DNA of 64,000 nucleotides from a virus (Duplodnaviria; Caudoviricetes): IMG/VR virus record IMGVR_UViG_3300024269_004845; one strand, 5' to 3'. Shown piece by piece: positions 10,109 to 20,352 of this stretch (position 1 is its first letter; each line of letters starts with the position of its first letter). The notes under the pieces were generated by a model. It saw only the letters and a program-made list of their open reading frames with translations, ran no database searches and was not told where the DNA came from. The position numbers and the translations under genes were made by a program.

Positions 10109-10909
10109 TTACAGGTTATTTCTTTTTGTATAAAACATATACTGTTGCAGGATTCCTGCATACTTGAGTGGAAGGTTGATTTTTCGATTTTTATCTTCAT
10201 AATGTTCTTTTAAAATTCTTTTCATCCATACATCTATTGGGAAAGATTCTAGATGGTTTAATCCATATAAACAAATACAATTAGCAACCTTATCTCCTAT
10301 TCCTTGGCATTCTTTTAGAATTTTAAAGTGTTCTTCATAGTCAGTTGTAGATTTCAACCTAGCGCTAATTTGAGGCCAAGATTGTATAAAGTCAAACAAA
10401 TATTCTGCTCTATATCCAAAGCCTAATTCTTTAAAATTGTCAATTGTACATTTTTTTAAATCTTCATAAGAAGGGAATAGTTTATATTCTTTTTCTTCGA
10501 AAACATCTGTAACGGAAGAATATTTATCAGATAATGCAAAAATCATTTTTTGGATACGGGGAATATTATTTTGTTGGGATAAGATATATGAACAACAAGT
10601 TTCGAATAGCGGTTGGTTTAAAATTCTTATTCCTGTTGCGAACTTAATACATTCTAAAGCAAAGAAATCATTATGTTTATTACAATGAGAAACCAATATT
10701 TTATTTATATTTTTATAGTTTTTATTTATGGTTAAATAATTTTTCCAATATTCTGGTTCAGTCGTTTGTATTGTTAGATTATTTTTATTTTGTTCTACAT
10801 AGCAAATAGATGATTCACCAAAAATAATATATCCTTTATTATGTTTTACATAATGAAAACACTGTCCGCAGGTCAAAGTTTTTTCTAAATCAAAAACTTC
10901 TACAAACAT
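10109..10909 (-). CDS. ogg: 8-oxoguanine DNA glycosylase/AP lyase (OGG1 family)
   Basis: TLTCGQCF, SQQNNIPRI, GFGYRA, HhH-GPD motif GIGDKVANC...FPIDVW with catalytic K and D. Confidence 0.92.
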   Translation of the reverse strand: MFVEVFDLEKTLTCGQCFHYVKHNKGYIIFGESSICYVEQNKNNLTIQTTEPEYWKNYLTINKNYKNINKILVSHCNKHNDFFALECIKFATGIRILNQPLFETCCSYILSQQNNIPRIQKMIFALSDKYSSVTDVFEEKEYKLFPSYEDLKKCTIDNFKELGFGYRAEYLFDFIQSWPQISARLKSTTDYEEHFKILKECQGIGDKVANCICLYGLNHLESFPIDVWMKRILKEHYEDKNRKINLPLKYAGILQQYMFYTKRNNL

Positions 10910-10967
10910 TGATAAAACTCCTTTCTTTAAGAAAAGCGGAAAGAATAAACTTTCTTTCCGCTTTGAA

Positions 10968-11744
10968 TTATGGTAGCATTTCCCAAATATTTTCTATATT
11001 ATCGCCCAACAGCAGATATCCTTCTGACAGGTTTGTAGAAAACGTTGTTGCTGCTTCGATAGCTGTATTTTCATCTGCGTTACTACCAAACCAGTCAATT
11101 TGGGATAAACGGTTGTCTATATCAAAAGTGAATACGAATTCATAATACCCATCAATGAATTCTAAAAATTCAGTTGGGCCAAAAGATGAGTAATATTTTT
11201 CTTTTACAAAGGCCGTATCATACGTCTTTAAAACATATGATATAGTATTATCTTCTCCTAAATTTTTAGAATATTCGAATTTTTCACTATTGTTTAACAA
11301 CCAATCAATAATTTTATAATAACTCTCATATATATTATCTGTGAAATTGGTGAGATTTGGGTCTGCGTCTATAACTTCATTAGAAGAGGTAAGTATATAG
11401 TTTCCATCTTTTGTATAGATGCAAATATAATCCATGTCTGTTTCATTATACAATTCTCGGCCCTTGTCTTTAATGATAATTGCATCTGTATAATCTTCTT
11501 GAGAAGTATAGTCTTGGGTAGAGACAGTAGTCACTCGTGACATATTAACCATAAATATATCACCAAGCATATATCGTTGTAGTTCGTTGTATGCCTGCTT
11601 TACAATCTTAATTGAATCATTATCTGTTTGAAGAATTTCTAATTGGTCTTCAGGGATAACTAGTTCGGGAGTTTTTTCTCCGCAACCTACTAAGACAGTA
11701 GATAATATTAAAATAGACAAAATTATAGAAATATATTTCTTCAT
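10968..11744 (-). CDS. Lipoprotein, unknown function
   Basis: Lipobox LVGC; promoter TTGTCT-N17-TATAAT upstream; terminator at 10933-10964. Confidence 0.75.
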   Translation of the reverse strand: MKKYISIILSILILSTVLVGCGEKTPELVIPEDQLEILQTDNDSIKIVKQAYNELQRYMLGDIFMVNMSRVTTVSTQDYTSQEDYTDAIIIKDKGRELYNETDMDYICIYTKDGNYILTSSNEVIDADPNLTNFTDNIYESYYKIIDWLLNNSEKFEYSKNLGEDNTISYVLKTYDTAFVKEKYYSSFGPTEFLEFIDGYYEFVFTFDIDNRLSQIDWFGSNADENTAIEAATTFSTNLSEGYLLLGDNIENIWEMLP

Positions 11745-11833
11745 CTTTGAACGCTCCTTGCTATTTTTATATTTTTTATTATATCATTTCTGAAAGAAAA
11801 AGACAAGTCTTTCTTGGGTTAAAAAAATTTTTT

Positions 11834-11927
11834 ATAGCCTTAACTTGAGACCTTCTCATTCAGCGGCAGAAATGTACGCTGTCTAAGTACTCAAAAATCC
11901 CCTGTCTTTAGACATGGGGAGTGTCAA
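11834..11927 (+). mobile_element. Orphan IS200/IS605-family right end (TnpB omegaRNA-scaffold-like remnant)
   Basis: aatcccctgtctttagacatggggagtgTCAA: imperfect subterminal hairpin ending in TCAA, preceded by hairpins tgaga/tctca and cagcg/cgctg. No tnpA or tnpB adjacent. Confidence 0.75.
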
Positions 11928-11950
11928 AAATTTTGTAAAACAAGTTTTGT

Positions 11951-11979
11951 TTGTCTTTTTTGTTGATTGATGTTATAAT
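11951..11979 (+). promoter_or_regulatory. sigmaA promoter
   Basis: TTGTCT-N17-TATAAT with TG extension. Confidence 0.7.
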
Positions 11980-12025
11980 AAAAGATGGATGGTTGACAAA
12001 ATTAAAGACAAAGGAGTTCAATTTG

Positions 12026-12736
12026 ATGAGAAAAATGCAACAAATTGCAATGATTTTGTTACTTTCTATTGTAATTTCAATCATTGCACCTACACATTCT
12101 TTCGCTGCATCAAGTACAGTTTACGATGTTAATAATATGTTGTCACCAAGCAATATTACTGTGGAAGAATTAGAGTATGCCTTAAAAGGCAATCTAAAAC
12201 CTTTGGCCAATACATACATTCAGGCCGAAGAAGAAACAGGAGTAAATGCAGTTTTTATTGCGGCTATTTCCGCCTTGGAAAGTGGCTGGGGTAAAAGCTA
12301 CATGGCTACTCATAAAAACAATTTATTTGGATATGGGAAAAAGACTTTCAGTTCCAAAGAGGAGTCTATTCTTCATGTTTCTAACGCGTTAAAAACAAAT
12401 TATTTATTACCTGATGGTAGATATTATAAGGGTACAACCGTCAGTGCCGTTGAAAAGTGCTATTGTCCATCTCCTGTTGGAGAATGGTCTGGCCTAGTGT
12501 CAAAAATTATGAGGCAGTTAGATTCCAGCATTCAAGAATATAGAATTGACCATCCACAAAAGTCGATTGAAGAGCTGGAAGAAATTAAAGTTCAACAAAA
12601 AGAATACAATACAGAAATGATAAAAGAAGAGATTCAATTAATCTTAAATCAAGAAGATTATTCAATCGCAGAATTTAATGATTTTCGTGATAGAATCATT
12701 AAATTGTCTAGAATGATTCAAAAAATTGTTGAATAA
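12026..12736 (+). CDS. Secreted GH73-type glucosaminidase (peptidoglycan hydrolase)
   Basis: Signal peptide; AISALESGWG, NNLFG, Y..G.T...Y motifs. Start re-called after AAGGAG. Confidence 0.85.
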   Translation: MRKMQQIAMILLLSIVISIIAPTHSFAASSTVYDVNNMLSPSNITVEELEYALKGNLKPLANTYIQAEEETGVNAVFIAAISALESGWGKSYMATHKNNLFGYGKKTFSSKEESILHVSNALKTNYLLPDGRYYKGTTVSAVEKCYCPSPVGEWSGLVSKIMRQLDSSIQEYRIDHPQKSIEELEEIKVQQKEYNTEMIKEEIQLILNQEDYSIAEFNDFRDRIIKLSRMIQKIVE

Positions 12737-12738
12737 TA

Positions 12739-12771
12739 AAAGAACCTGTTGCCATTGGCAACAGGTTCTTT
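12739..12771. terminator. Bidirectional terminator
   Basis: aaagaacctgttgcca-t-tggcaacaggttcttt. Confidence 0.8.
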
Positions 12772-12774
12772 GTT

Positions 12775-13770
12775 TTACAGCAAACTCTTGAACTGGAGAC
12801 GTTCGTACATCTTTTTTTGGCGTTCAATGTTCGGAGCGTACTTAATGGCTTCCAATTCAGGGACTTCACAATCACATTTGATAGTTGCAAGCGTCTTGCT
12901 GGTAAGTCCCAGGTTATTGCCCTCTGCGTCTTCTTTGAGAGCCTTGAAAGGGATTCTAGAATAGCCTTTTGCTTTCATTTCCGCTTTCTTGGCGTCCATT
13001 TCTTCTGCGGATGCATTTTTAACAAAGTCTATGACTTTTTCAACGCTTCCAAACTCAGAAACAAGAACAACAGCAGATTTGTCACCTACTCCTGCGACAC
13101 CAGGGATGTTGTCGGACGAATCTCCGCTTAGTCCCTTGTAGTCAATCATCTGAATAGGTTCAAAGCCATAATACCTCTTGAAATAATCAGGAGTAAATGG
13201 AAAAGTTCCTTCCAGATGCCTAGGGATTTCAGTTTGCTTAATACCAAGGTCAACAACGATGTCATCAGCCTTGTGAGTGTTCAACCAAACCGTTACATTA
13301 TCAGAAATTAGCTGAAGCTGGTCCTGGTCTTTAGTAAGGATAACGATTTCATTATCTCCGTACTTCTTGGCCATGCTACCAATTAGGTCATCTGCTTCTA
13401 CACCTTCAACGCCAAAAGAGGCAATGCCGATGTAGTTGAGTAGTTTCTGCATATGTTCAAACTGTTGAGATAGTTCAGGTCTGGTGGGCTTTCGCTGAGC
13501 TTTATATTCAGGATACATTTCTCTGCGAAAAGTATTTCGGTTTAGGTCCCAAGCAATTGCCATATATTCAGGCTTGTAAAGATTATCAATTTTCTTAAGA
13601 ATCTTACAAAAACCGTAAATGGCATTTGTATATAGACCATCCTTAGTCTGAAGAATTCTTGGCAAAATTGCCTCATATTCCTCATCGGTTTTGGCTTTTA
13701 GGTATTCCTTGGGAATGTTTCCGAAGAAACAAGTAGAAAGAATACTGGAGCCATCAATCAATAGAATCAT
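12775..13770 (-). CDS. Stand-alone 5'-3' exonuclease / flap endonuclease (PolA N-terminal-like)
   Basis: LIDGSS, YKAQR, EADDLIG, TKDQD, GDSSDNIPGV.GVG.K motifs; no polymerase domain. Confidence 0.92.
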   Translation of the reverse strand: MILLIDGSSILSTCFFGNIPKEYLKAKTDEEYEAILPRILQTKDGLYTNAIYGFCKILKKIDNLYKPEYMAIAWDLNRNTFRREMYPEYKAQRKPTRPELSQQFEHMQKLLNYIGIASFGVEGVEADDLIGSMAKKYGDNEIVILTKDQDQLQLISDNVTVWLNTHKADDIVVDLGIKQTEIPRHLEGTFPFTPDYFKRYYGFEPIQMIDYKGLSGDSSDNIPGVAGVGDKSAVVLVSEFGSVEKVIDFVKNASAEEMDAKKAEMKAKGYSRIPFKALKEDAEGNNLGLTSKTLATIKCDCEVPELEAIKYAPNIERQKKMYERLQFKSLL

Positions 13771-13784
13771 ATTTTTTCCTCCCC

Positions 13785-14201
13785 TTATAGCAAAACTACA
13801 TTGTTGTTCTCGAACATTTCGTTAAGAACTTCCATGTCTTTCATCTCGTCTTTGTGTTCGGTGAAAAATGTATTCATACAAACACCGTACGTGAGTTCAG
13901 GATTCATTCGACCTCTGATACGAAGAGCCGTAATTAAACCTCCGTCGATTTCTGTTTCGATTGGATATACGGCTATTTCGCCAGTGGTTCGGCTTACCTC
14001 TCGACAGAAGACGGTCATAAGCAATCCATTGATTGCTGTTTGAGCTTCTGCTTCGGTTTCATACAGTTCTCTCAGTTGTTTTACTTCGAGCTTTCCATCA
14101 ATTTCGCAGGCAATTTCTTTATCCCCTACAAATCTGATAATCACTTCTGTAGGTGTGGATTGGTTAGCAATCCACACCTTTTTTCCAATCTTAAGGTCCA
14201 T
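13785..14201 (-). CDS. Hypothetical protein
   Basis: RBS AAGGAG; lies in the ligA-exonuclease run. Confidence 0.7.
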   Translation of the reverse strand: MDLKIGKKVWIANQSTPTEVIIRFVGDKEIACEIDGKLEVKQLRELYETEAEAQTAINGLLMTVFCREVSRTTGEIAVYPIETEIDGGLITALRIRGRMNPELTYGVCMNTFFTEHKDEMKDMEVLNEMFENNNVVLL

Positions 14202-14234
14202 ATTTTTCTCCTTCCCTTATTTACTTGTAATGGT

Positions 14235-14594
14235 TTAAAGAACCTTCATGTTTTTTTCGAATCGTTCCTTAAGAGTAATATAACGCTCAAGCACATCTCC
14301 TGTAGCAAGAAGTGCGCCACGCTCCCATTCTCTGATGTTATTAAACACCAATTTGGTTTCGAATTGCTTTTCTGTCAAATCTACTTTATTGCCGTTTACA
14401 ACGTTCCAATAATGGTAGACGCCAGTATCGGATACTCCGCTGTAAATTTGTCCGCCATAGTAGTCATTGACAATTAAGGCAGTAATTGCGCATTGCCCTC
14501 TTGCGGGATTTTCAGGGCTCCAGAACGGCGCATCTTTACGATACGCCGTATCTTTTCCCCAACTTTTTTTAATTGCTGCTATAAACCGTTCCAT
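14235..14594 (-). CDS. YunG-family protein
   Basis: WSPENPARGQCAITAL...HYWN...DLT..QF; start re-called after GGAGG. Confidence 0.7.
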   Translation of the reverse strand: MERFIAAIKKSWGKDTAYRKDAPFWSPENPARGQCAITALIVNDYYGGQIYSGVSDTGVYHYWNVVNGNKVDLTEKQFETKLVFNNIREWERGALLATGDVLERYITLKERFEKNMKVL

Positions 14595-14630
14595 ATTTCC
14601 TCCTTGCAATTTCATGAAATTTTGTTGTAG

Positions 14631-16619
14631 TTAGGCGAGCATTGCTTTAAACTCATTTTCGGAAAGAACCTTTACACCAAGCGTTTGGGCTTTTTCAAGC
14701 TTGCTACCTGCATTTTCACCTGCAAGTAGATAATCTGTCTTTTTAGAAACAGAACCAGACACTTTACCACCGTTTTTGACAATTACATCAGCAAAAACTT
14801 CTCTTTTGTCAGATAGAGTGCCAGTGATTACAAATGTCTTGCCAGCAAGTTTATCACTGGTTGGTGCGCTCTTGATAGACTTTGTATTTACTCCTGCGGC
14901 TTCAAGTTTCTTGAACAAACTGGTAGTCGTAGGTTCTGCAAAGAAATCCTTCAAGAACTTAACAGTTGTTTCTCCCATGTCGGGTAGAGTTAACAGTTCT
15001 TCTTCGGTCGCTGCAGCAATGGCCCAAATATCGTCATAATGTTCAGTAAGAATTTTGCTAACATGCTTTCCAACATTGCGAACACCCATGGCAGAAAGAA
15101 GCTTATCAATGTTATTGCTCTTGGATGCTTCAATAGCATTGAGCAGATTATCGGTAGCTTTTTCTTTTCCAACGAGTTTTTCGTCAATCATCTTCTGACG
15201 ATAATTCTTGAGGTTATAAATATCTGCAAAATCAGAGATTAAACCAGCGGCAATCAGTGCTTGTGTCGCCGCTTCTCCGAATCCATTGATATCCATATAC
15301 CCCTTGCTTGCAAAATGTTGTACTCTGCGTTCAAATTGGGCGGGGCAGGAAGGATTGATACAACGAATATCCGCAGTATCTTCTTCTGCCTCTGCCTTGC
15401 CACCACAGACGGGACAAATATTGCCAATCTGATAGGGGACCGTTTTAGACGGGCGCTTATCAAGTACAACAGAAACAATTTCGGGGATGATTTCTGCTGC
15501 TTTGCGAATGATTACCGTATCGCCAACTCGAATATCCTTAGAGGTAATGAAATCCTGATTGTGGAGTGTTGCCTTAGATACGGTGCTTCCACCAATATCC
15601 ACAGGATTCATAATTGCAACAGGAGTTAAACGGCCAGTACGACCAACCTGGATAATGATATCCTTAACGACTGTTACTTTTTCCTCGGGGGGATACTTAT
15701 AGGCCACTGCCCAACGAGGGACTTTGCTGGTAGCGCCGAGTTCATCTCTTGTATCAAGAGAATTAATCTTTACTACTGCGCCATCGATAGGATAGTTCAG
15801 GGAATTTTTTGTTTCTCCGATAATTTCAATGTCTCTCATGATTTCTTCAACTGTCTTTTTGGGGGACATTTCAGGAACCACAGAAAAGCCCTGAGATTTC
15901 AACCATGCGATACTTTCGGAATGGGTTTTAAAGGTAATGCCTTTTGCTTTTTGAACATTGAAGGCGAACATAGATAGATTTCTTTCTTTTACGACCTTGG
16001 AATCGAGCTGACGGAGAGTTCCAGCAGCACAATTTCGGGGGTTCTTAAAAAGTTTTCCTCCAGAATCTTCTTGGGCTTCGTTTGCCTTGTCAAAGGCTTC
16101 GAAAGTCATATAAACTTCGCCTCGAATTTCAAGATATTCGATTGGGGAAATTGTCTGGGGAACAGAAGCAATCTGCTTTACGTTCTCGGTGATATCTTCA
16201 CCTATATGTCCATCACCACGTGTAGAAGCACGAATCAGTTTGCCGTTTTCATATTCGACAGAAACGGAGAGTCCATCGATTTTCTGTTCGACAACGTATT
16301 CTGCTTGGGGATATTCTGCAGATAACTTACTGACGAAAGATTCTACCTCTTCCGTATCGAAGACATCCAGCAAAGAAAGCATAGGGACCTCGTGAGTAAC
16401 CTTTGTGCTATTTTCGTTGGCTACGCCTCCGACCTTTTGAGTGTTGGAATCTTCGGAAATAAGTTCTGGCCACTGAGATTCCATATCTCTCAGTTTATGA
16501 GCGAGCTGGTCGTACTCGTAATCCGTAATTTCAGGGTCATCCTGATTGTAATAACGGTCATTGTGATACTTTACTAAAGCCTTGAGCTCCTCATATTCCT
16601 TCTTAATATTCTTGTCCAT
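14631..16619 (-). CDS. ligA: NAD-dependent DNA ligase
   Basis: KIDG adenylation motif, TRGDG..GEDIT, Cys4 zinc finger, HhH repeats, C-terminal BRCT. Confidence 0.98.
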   Translation of the reverse strand: MDKNIKKEYEELKALVKYHNDRYYNQDDPEITDYEYDQLAHKLRDMESQWPELISEDSNTQKVGGVANENSTKVTHEVPMLSLLDVFDTEEVESFVSKLSAEYPQAEYVVEQKIDGLSVSVEYENGKLIRASTRGDGHIGEDITENVKQIASVPQTISPIEYLEIRGEVYMTFEAFDKANEAQEDSGGKLFKNPRNCAAGTLRQLDSKVVKERNLSMFAFNVQKAKGITFKTHSESIAWLKSQGFSVVPEMSPKKTVEEIMRDIEIIGETKNSLNYPIDGAVVKINSLDTRDELGATSKVPRWAVAYKYPPEEKVTVVKDIIIQVGRTGRLTPVAIMNPVDIGGSTVSKATLHNQDFITSKDIRVGDTVIIRKAAEIIPEIVSVVLDKRPSKTVPYQIGNICPVCGGKAEAEEDTADIRCINPSCPAQFERRVQHFASKGYMDINGFGEAATQALIAAGLISDFADIYNLKNYRQKMIDEKLVGKEKATDNLLNAIEASKSNNIDKLLSAMGVRNVGKHVSKILTEHYDDIWAIAAATEEELLTLPDMGETTVKFLKDFFAEPTTTSLFKKLEAAGVNTKSIKSAPTSDKLAGKTFVITGTLSDKREVFADVIVKNGGKVSGSVSKKTDYLLAGENAGSKLEKAQTLGVKVLSENEFKAMLA

Positions 16620-16684
16620 TATTTTTTCTTCCTCCTTAAAATGTGTTTAATATATTTTATTATAATTGCTTTTGTTATATTTAT

Positions 16685-16713
16685 ATTATAACATATTTTT
16701 AGTTTTTTCTCAA
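16685..16713 (-). promoter_or_regulatory. sigmaA promoter of the ligA operon
   Basis: TTGAGA-N17(...aaatatgt)-TATAAT. Confidence 0.7.
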
Positions 16714-16795
16714 GTCTTATAGAACTTTTTTGCTATTTATTTTTTGTTTTAAATGTGGTATATTATATTCAATATTGTAGGTTGGAGGAGATAAA

Positions 16796-17488
16796 ATGTT
16801 TATTGAAAGTCTTTTATATGCATTGATTGTATTTATTGCTGTCATATTATTGGAAGCTTTTATATATCAAGCTTTTTTATTAAACAAACAAACTTTATAC
16901 GCTTATTTAATAGACTTGAAGAATCAGAATCCTAATTTATTAGTACAAACAAAATGTAATTTGTTAAAAAGAGATAAATTCAGGGTGCTGAAAGCAAAAA
17001 TAGAAGATAATGAAGTCGATGTGATTGTCGATGAAGATTTTGTTGAAGATGTAATGACTTTGGATAAGGTTTTTTATGATAAGAAAAATAACAAATATTA
17101 TGTTACCAAGAAGAATAAAAATTGGGATACATATGTTATGACTCCTATTAAAGAAATTTATTATTATAAATATAAGTTAAAAGATAGGGGATATCAATTT
17201 GCGAAGGATTCCGAAAATCTATTTTTGAATAATGAACAAGTATTATATAAAAATCCTTTTACTGGAGAATATTTTTGGGAAAAAGAAATAAATGGTAGAG
17301 ACTGTATTACGGAAATTGATTTAATGACAAAAACTCCTAAAAAATTAGATACTTATTTTTTTAATTACAAAGAAATGCAAAAAATTCTTGATTATAAAAA
17401 TCGCAATTACTTTGATTACATTGGTGTTTTCTCTTTAATTGCTGGTATCTTTAGTTTAATAACCTTCTTTTTGAAATTATTTTTATAA
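16796..17488 (+). CDS. Membrane protein with N- and C-terminal TM helices
   Basis: Hydrophobic termini, RBS GGAGGAG, terminator at 17487-17514. Confidence 0.7.
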   Translation: MFIESLLYALIVFIAVILLEAFIYQAFLLNKQTLYAYLIDLKNQNPNLLVQTKCNLLKRDKFRVLKAKIEDNEVDVIVDEDFVEDVMTLDKVFYDKKNNKYYVTKKNKNWDTYVMTPIKEIYYYKYKLKDRGYQFAKDSENLFLNNEQVLYKNPFTGEYFWEKEINGRDCITEIDLMTKTPKKLDTYFFNYKEMQKILDYKNRNYFDYIGVFSLIAGIFSLITFFLKLFL

Positions 17489-17583
17489 TCTGCAGCAAAA
17501 GCTGCAGATTTTTTAATTGATAAATAAGAGATATCTTTTTGAAGTATAATAATAAAAACTATTCAAATGGGAGGAATAAAAAA

Positions 17584-18360
17584 ATGGCAAGAAAATTGAA
17601 GATAGGTGGGCAATTAGCAATAGAAGTTACTCAGAGGTGTAATCTAAGTTGTGACCATTGTTTGCGAGGATGTGCTAGGAACGTTAATGTAACGAAGGAA
17701 ATCATAAACAAAGTGTTGGACAATTTTGAGTACATTTCGAGCATTACTTTTACTGGGGGAGAACCTACACTTAACGTCGAAGCAATAATCTACATTATCG
17801 ATGAAATTAAGCGTCGAGGGATTGGCGTTGGAAACTTTTATCTTGTAACCAATTGCGTAAATTTTTCTGGGGAGCTTGTTTTGAAGCTTTTGGAGTTCTA
17901 CGTATATTGTGATGATAAAGAGATGTGTGGTTTATGTGTAAGTGTTGATGGGTTCCATGACCAGAGAGATTTTAATGCATATGACATGTATTCTGCGTTA
18001 GAATTTTTTCGCACCGACAAAGAGCACAATGGCATTTGGGATGGTGGTATTATTAATCGTGGTAACGCAAAAGAATACGGTATGGGCACGTTTGATAAAC
18101 CTGTAATGCAGTTTAATCCCGAATATGCTGAAATCTTTGACAATGTTATTAATTATGACGAACTAATCTATGTAAACGCCGAGGGGTACGTATTTTATGA
18201 TTGTGACCTTTCTTATGAATTACAAGATGAAAATCGAACGATTAATGTCATGGAAGAAAGTATTGCAGAATGGATGTTTATGCAAATGTATGAACATCAA
18301 TTGCTTGAAGAAGAGTCTGCAGCTGAAATTCTAGAAGAACTTGGTCTAATTCCCGCTTAA
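17584..18360 (+). CDS. Radical SAM protein
   Basis: CNLSCDHC (CxxxCxxC), FTGGEP, VTN, SVDGFH; start re-called after GGAGG. Confidence 0.9.
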   Translation: MARKLKIGGQLAIEVTQRCNLSCDHCLRGCARNVNVTKEIINKVLDNFEYISSITFTGGEPTLNVEAIIYIIDEIKRRGIGVGNFYLVTNCVNFSGELVLKLLEFYVYCDDKEMCGLCVSVDGFHDQRDFNAYDMYSALEFFRTDKEHNGIWDGGIINRGNAKEYGMGTFDKPVMQFNPEYAEIFDNVINYDELIYVNAEGYVFYDCDLSYELQDENRTINVMEESIAEWMFMQMYEHQLLEEESAAEILEELGLIPA

Positions 18361-18363
18361 AAC

Positions 18364-18395
18364 AAAAAAGTCTCGAGGTATCTCGAGACTTTTTT
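18364..18395. terminator. Bidirectional terminator
   Basis: aaaaaagtctcgag-gtat-ctcgagactttttt. Confidence 0.85.
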
Positions 18396-19182
18396 ATATA
18401 AGTTTTTTTTCTTTTATCCATTCCAGGAACTTGGGAAGTGCAAAAATTATAAAAGGAATGAGATATATTTGAGAACCAGGGGTAAACATTGTTACGGCCG
18501 CATAAAAATTTATTCCACAATGAATACAAATTGAGGGTAAAAGACTGTGATTTCGGTCATTAATTTTGCCAAACATCAAACCGAAACAAAAAGTATATAA
18601 TCCTTGAATTAAATTCCCATGAGCAATACCAAAAAATAGTGATTGCCAAAAATTAGCTCTTTTCGGAGTTAAATTCTTAAATGCAATATAGGTTCTATTT
18701 CGATAAAGAATTTCTTCCATGATGGGTACAAAAAATGCAACTAGAAATAGCATTAAAATCCCACTATCAAACATTAATTCGGTTGTATCTTCCAAATTAA
18801 ATAGCTCGTATAGCCAAGTCAAAATTAAAGATAAAATCACGTTTATAGCAATACCAACGCAAAAATATCTTATATATTCCATTTTATTCTTGAGAGGATT
18901 TAGATTTAGATAGTCCTTACATTTCTGAAACCAAGTTTTATTTTCGTTTTTTATTGTTGATACGCGAATTAAAACAGCAATAAGTACTGTAAAAACACCG
19001 CCGAGCAACATTGGGTTTGAAATTTGGGCAACCAGTTCCATAGTATCCATGTTCATAAAGTCATCCATAAAATTGGGGTTGGTTAATGCCATTTGTAAAA
19101 TGGCAAATATAGCGCCTGCCATCTGGCCAACAACCATTAACATTGGCCAAAACAAGGCCGTAAAGAAAAATTTACGTTTCAT
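18394..19182 (-). CDS. CPBP/Abi (CAAX-protease-like) intramembrane metalloprotease
   Basis: EEILYR, FGIAH, HCGIN motifs with multiple TM helices. Confidence 0.9.
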   Translation of the reverse strand: MKRKFFFTALFWPMLMVVGQMAGAIFAILQMALTNPNFMDDFMNMDTMELVAQISNPMLLGGVFTVLIAVLIRVSTIKNENKTWFQKCKDYLNLNPLKNKMEYIRYFCVGIAINVILSLILTWLYELFNLEDTTELMFDSGILMLFLVAFFVPIMEEILYRNRTYIAFKNLTPKRANFWQSLFFGIAHGNLIQGLYTFCFGLMFGKINDRNHSLLPSICIHCGINFYAAVTMFTPGSQIYLIPFIIFALPKFLEWIKEKKLI

Positions 19183-19284
19183 AAATTCCCTCCAAATACT
19201 AACATTGTTTATATTATAACACATTTTATACAAAAAGTAAATGGGAAATAAAATACTCCGCAAATATATTTGCGGAGTATTTTA

Positions 19285-20352
19285 TTATTCTGCACGATTA
19301 ATAGATTCTATATTTGTAACATCAATTATTCCAGTTCTAAAGACATATGAAACTTCTGCAAAAATAATTTCTACAATTTCTGTGTATATATACTTTGAAT
19401 CTTCAGATGTTTCAAGATAGAATGTAACTCTTTTTATATCATCTGATATTCCTGAATAAGTATTCAATAATGAAACATTTATGTTGTTTTGAATCATTGT
19501 TTTATCTTTTACGTAATTATTAAAAATATCATACCTATAAGAGAAATAGTCTTCTTTATTGTATGGAGTTTCTGCATATTTAGAAGTTATAACAACATTG
19601 TCATCCGATAATGCAATTTCTTTACTGTTTTTATTTATGTATATATCCTTAACTGTTCCGTCTTTAAATTTAATATTTAATGCTTCTTTAAATCCAGCTT
19701 TAGTTAATAGGCTTAATGCATTTTCTTGTGGCAAATAAGATTTTATCAGATATGTTTTATTGTTTAGAATTACCTTAAATAGTGCCTCAGTATATAGTTG
19801 GTTTTTGTGCGTTGCAAAAGCAATTTCATAATCATTTATTAAGTGAAATTCTCCATATCGTTCTTTTATTTCACTATTGTCTTCGGAAATAAGATGTTCT
19901 ACATCCATAAATGTTTTGCCGTTTGTTCCATCTATTTTATAAAAAGAATAAGCCTTTTGGTTGTCTTCATCTATGTAGATATCTAAACTTTTTAAATCAA
20001 CTACTTTTTCGGAAGTATTTTTTATTGATGTATATTGTATTGATGTTACAATAGATTTTATTTGTGGAACAAACACACTGTTGGTAATCATCAAAACACC
20101 AAGAAAAATAAGAAACGCTGTAATGGTTGGTTTTATTTCTTTTTTTACGACAACTCCTGTTTCTTGGTCTTTATAAATTTCAGGGTTTTCTTGTTGGTTT
20201 AAAAATATTCGATATGGGATATATGCTAAACACGAGAGAATTATTAGTGTTGAATATATTGCAAAGTTTTCAACTAACACAATTGGGATTAAAAATAATA
20301 ACCAATAGAGAAGAGAAAACAAAGTGATTTTTGGGATATTAATTTTTTTCAA
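19285..20352 (-). CDS. Membrane protein (3 N-terminal TM + extracellular domain), paralogue of neighbour
   Basis: TM pattern; IKNTSEKVVDLKSLDIYIDEDNQK segment is shared with the neighbour. Confidence 0.7.
   Translation of the reverse strand: MKKINIPKITLFSLLYWLLFLIPIVLVENFAIYSTLIILSCLAYIPYRIFLNQQENPEIYKDQETGVVVKKEIKPTITAFLIFLGVLMITNSVFVPQIKSIVTSIQYTSIKNTSEKVVDLKSLDIYIDEDNQKAYSFYKIDGTNGKTFMDVEHLISEDNSEIKERYGEFHLINDYEIAFATHKNQLYTEALFKVILNNKTYLIKSYLPQENALSLLTKAGFKEALNIKFKDGTVKDIYINKNSKEIALSDDNVVITSKYAETPYNKEDYFSYRYDIFNNYVKDKTMIQNNINVSLLNTYSGISDDIKRVTFYLETSEDSKYIYTEIVEIIFAEVSYVFRTGIIDVTNIESINRAE

Noticed and set aside
12775-13770. Truncated polA pseudogene
   Set aside because: Clean stop at a terminator with no polymerase remnant downstream; stand-alone flap nucleases of this size are an established class.
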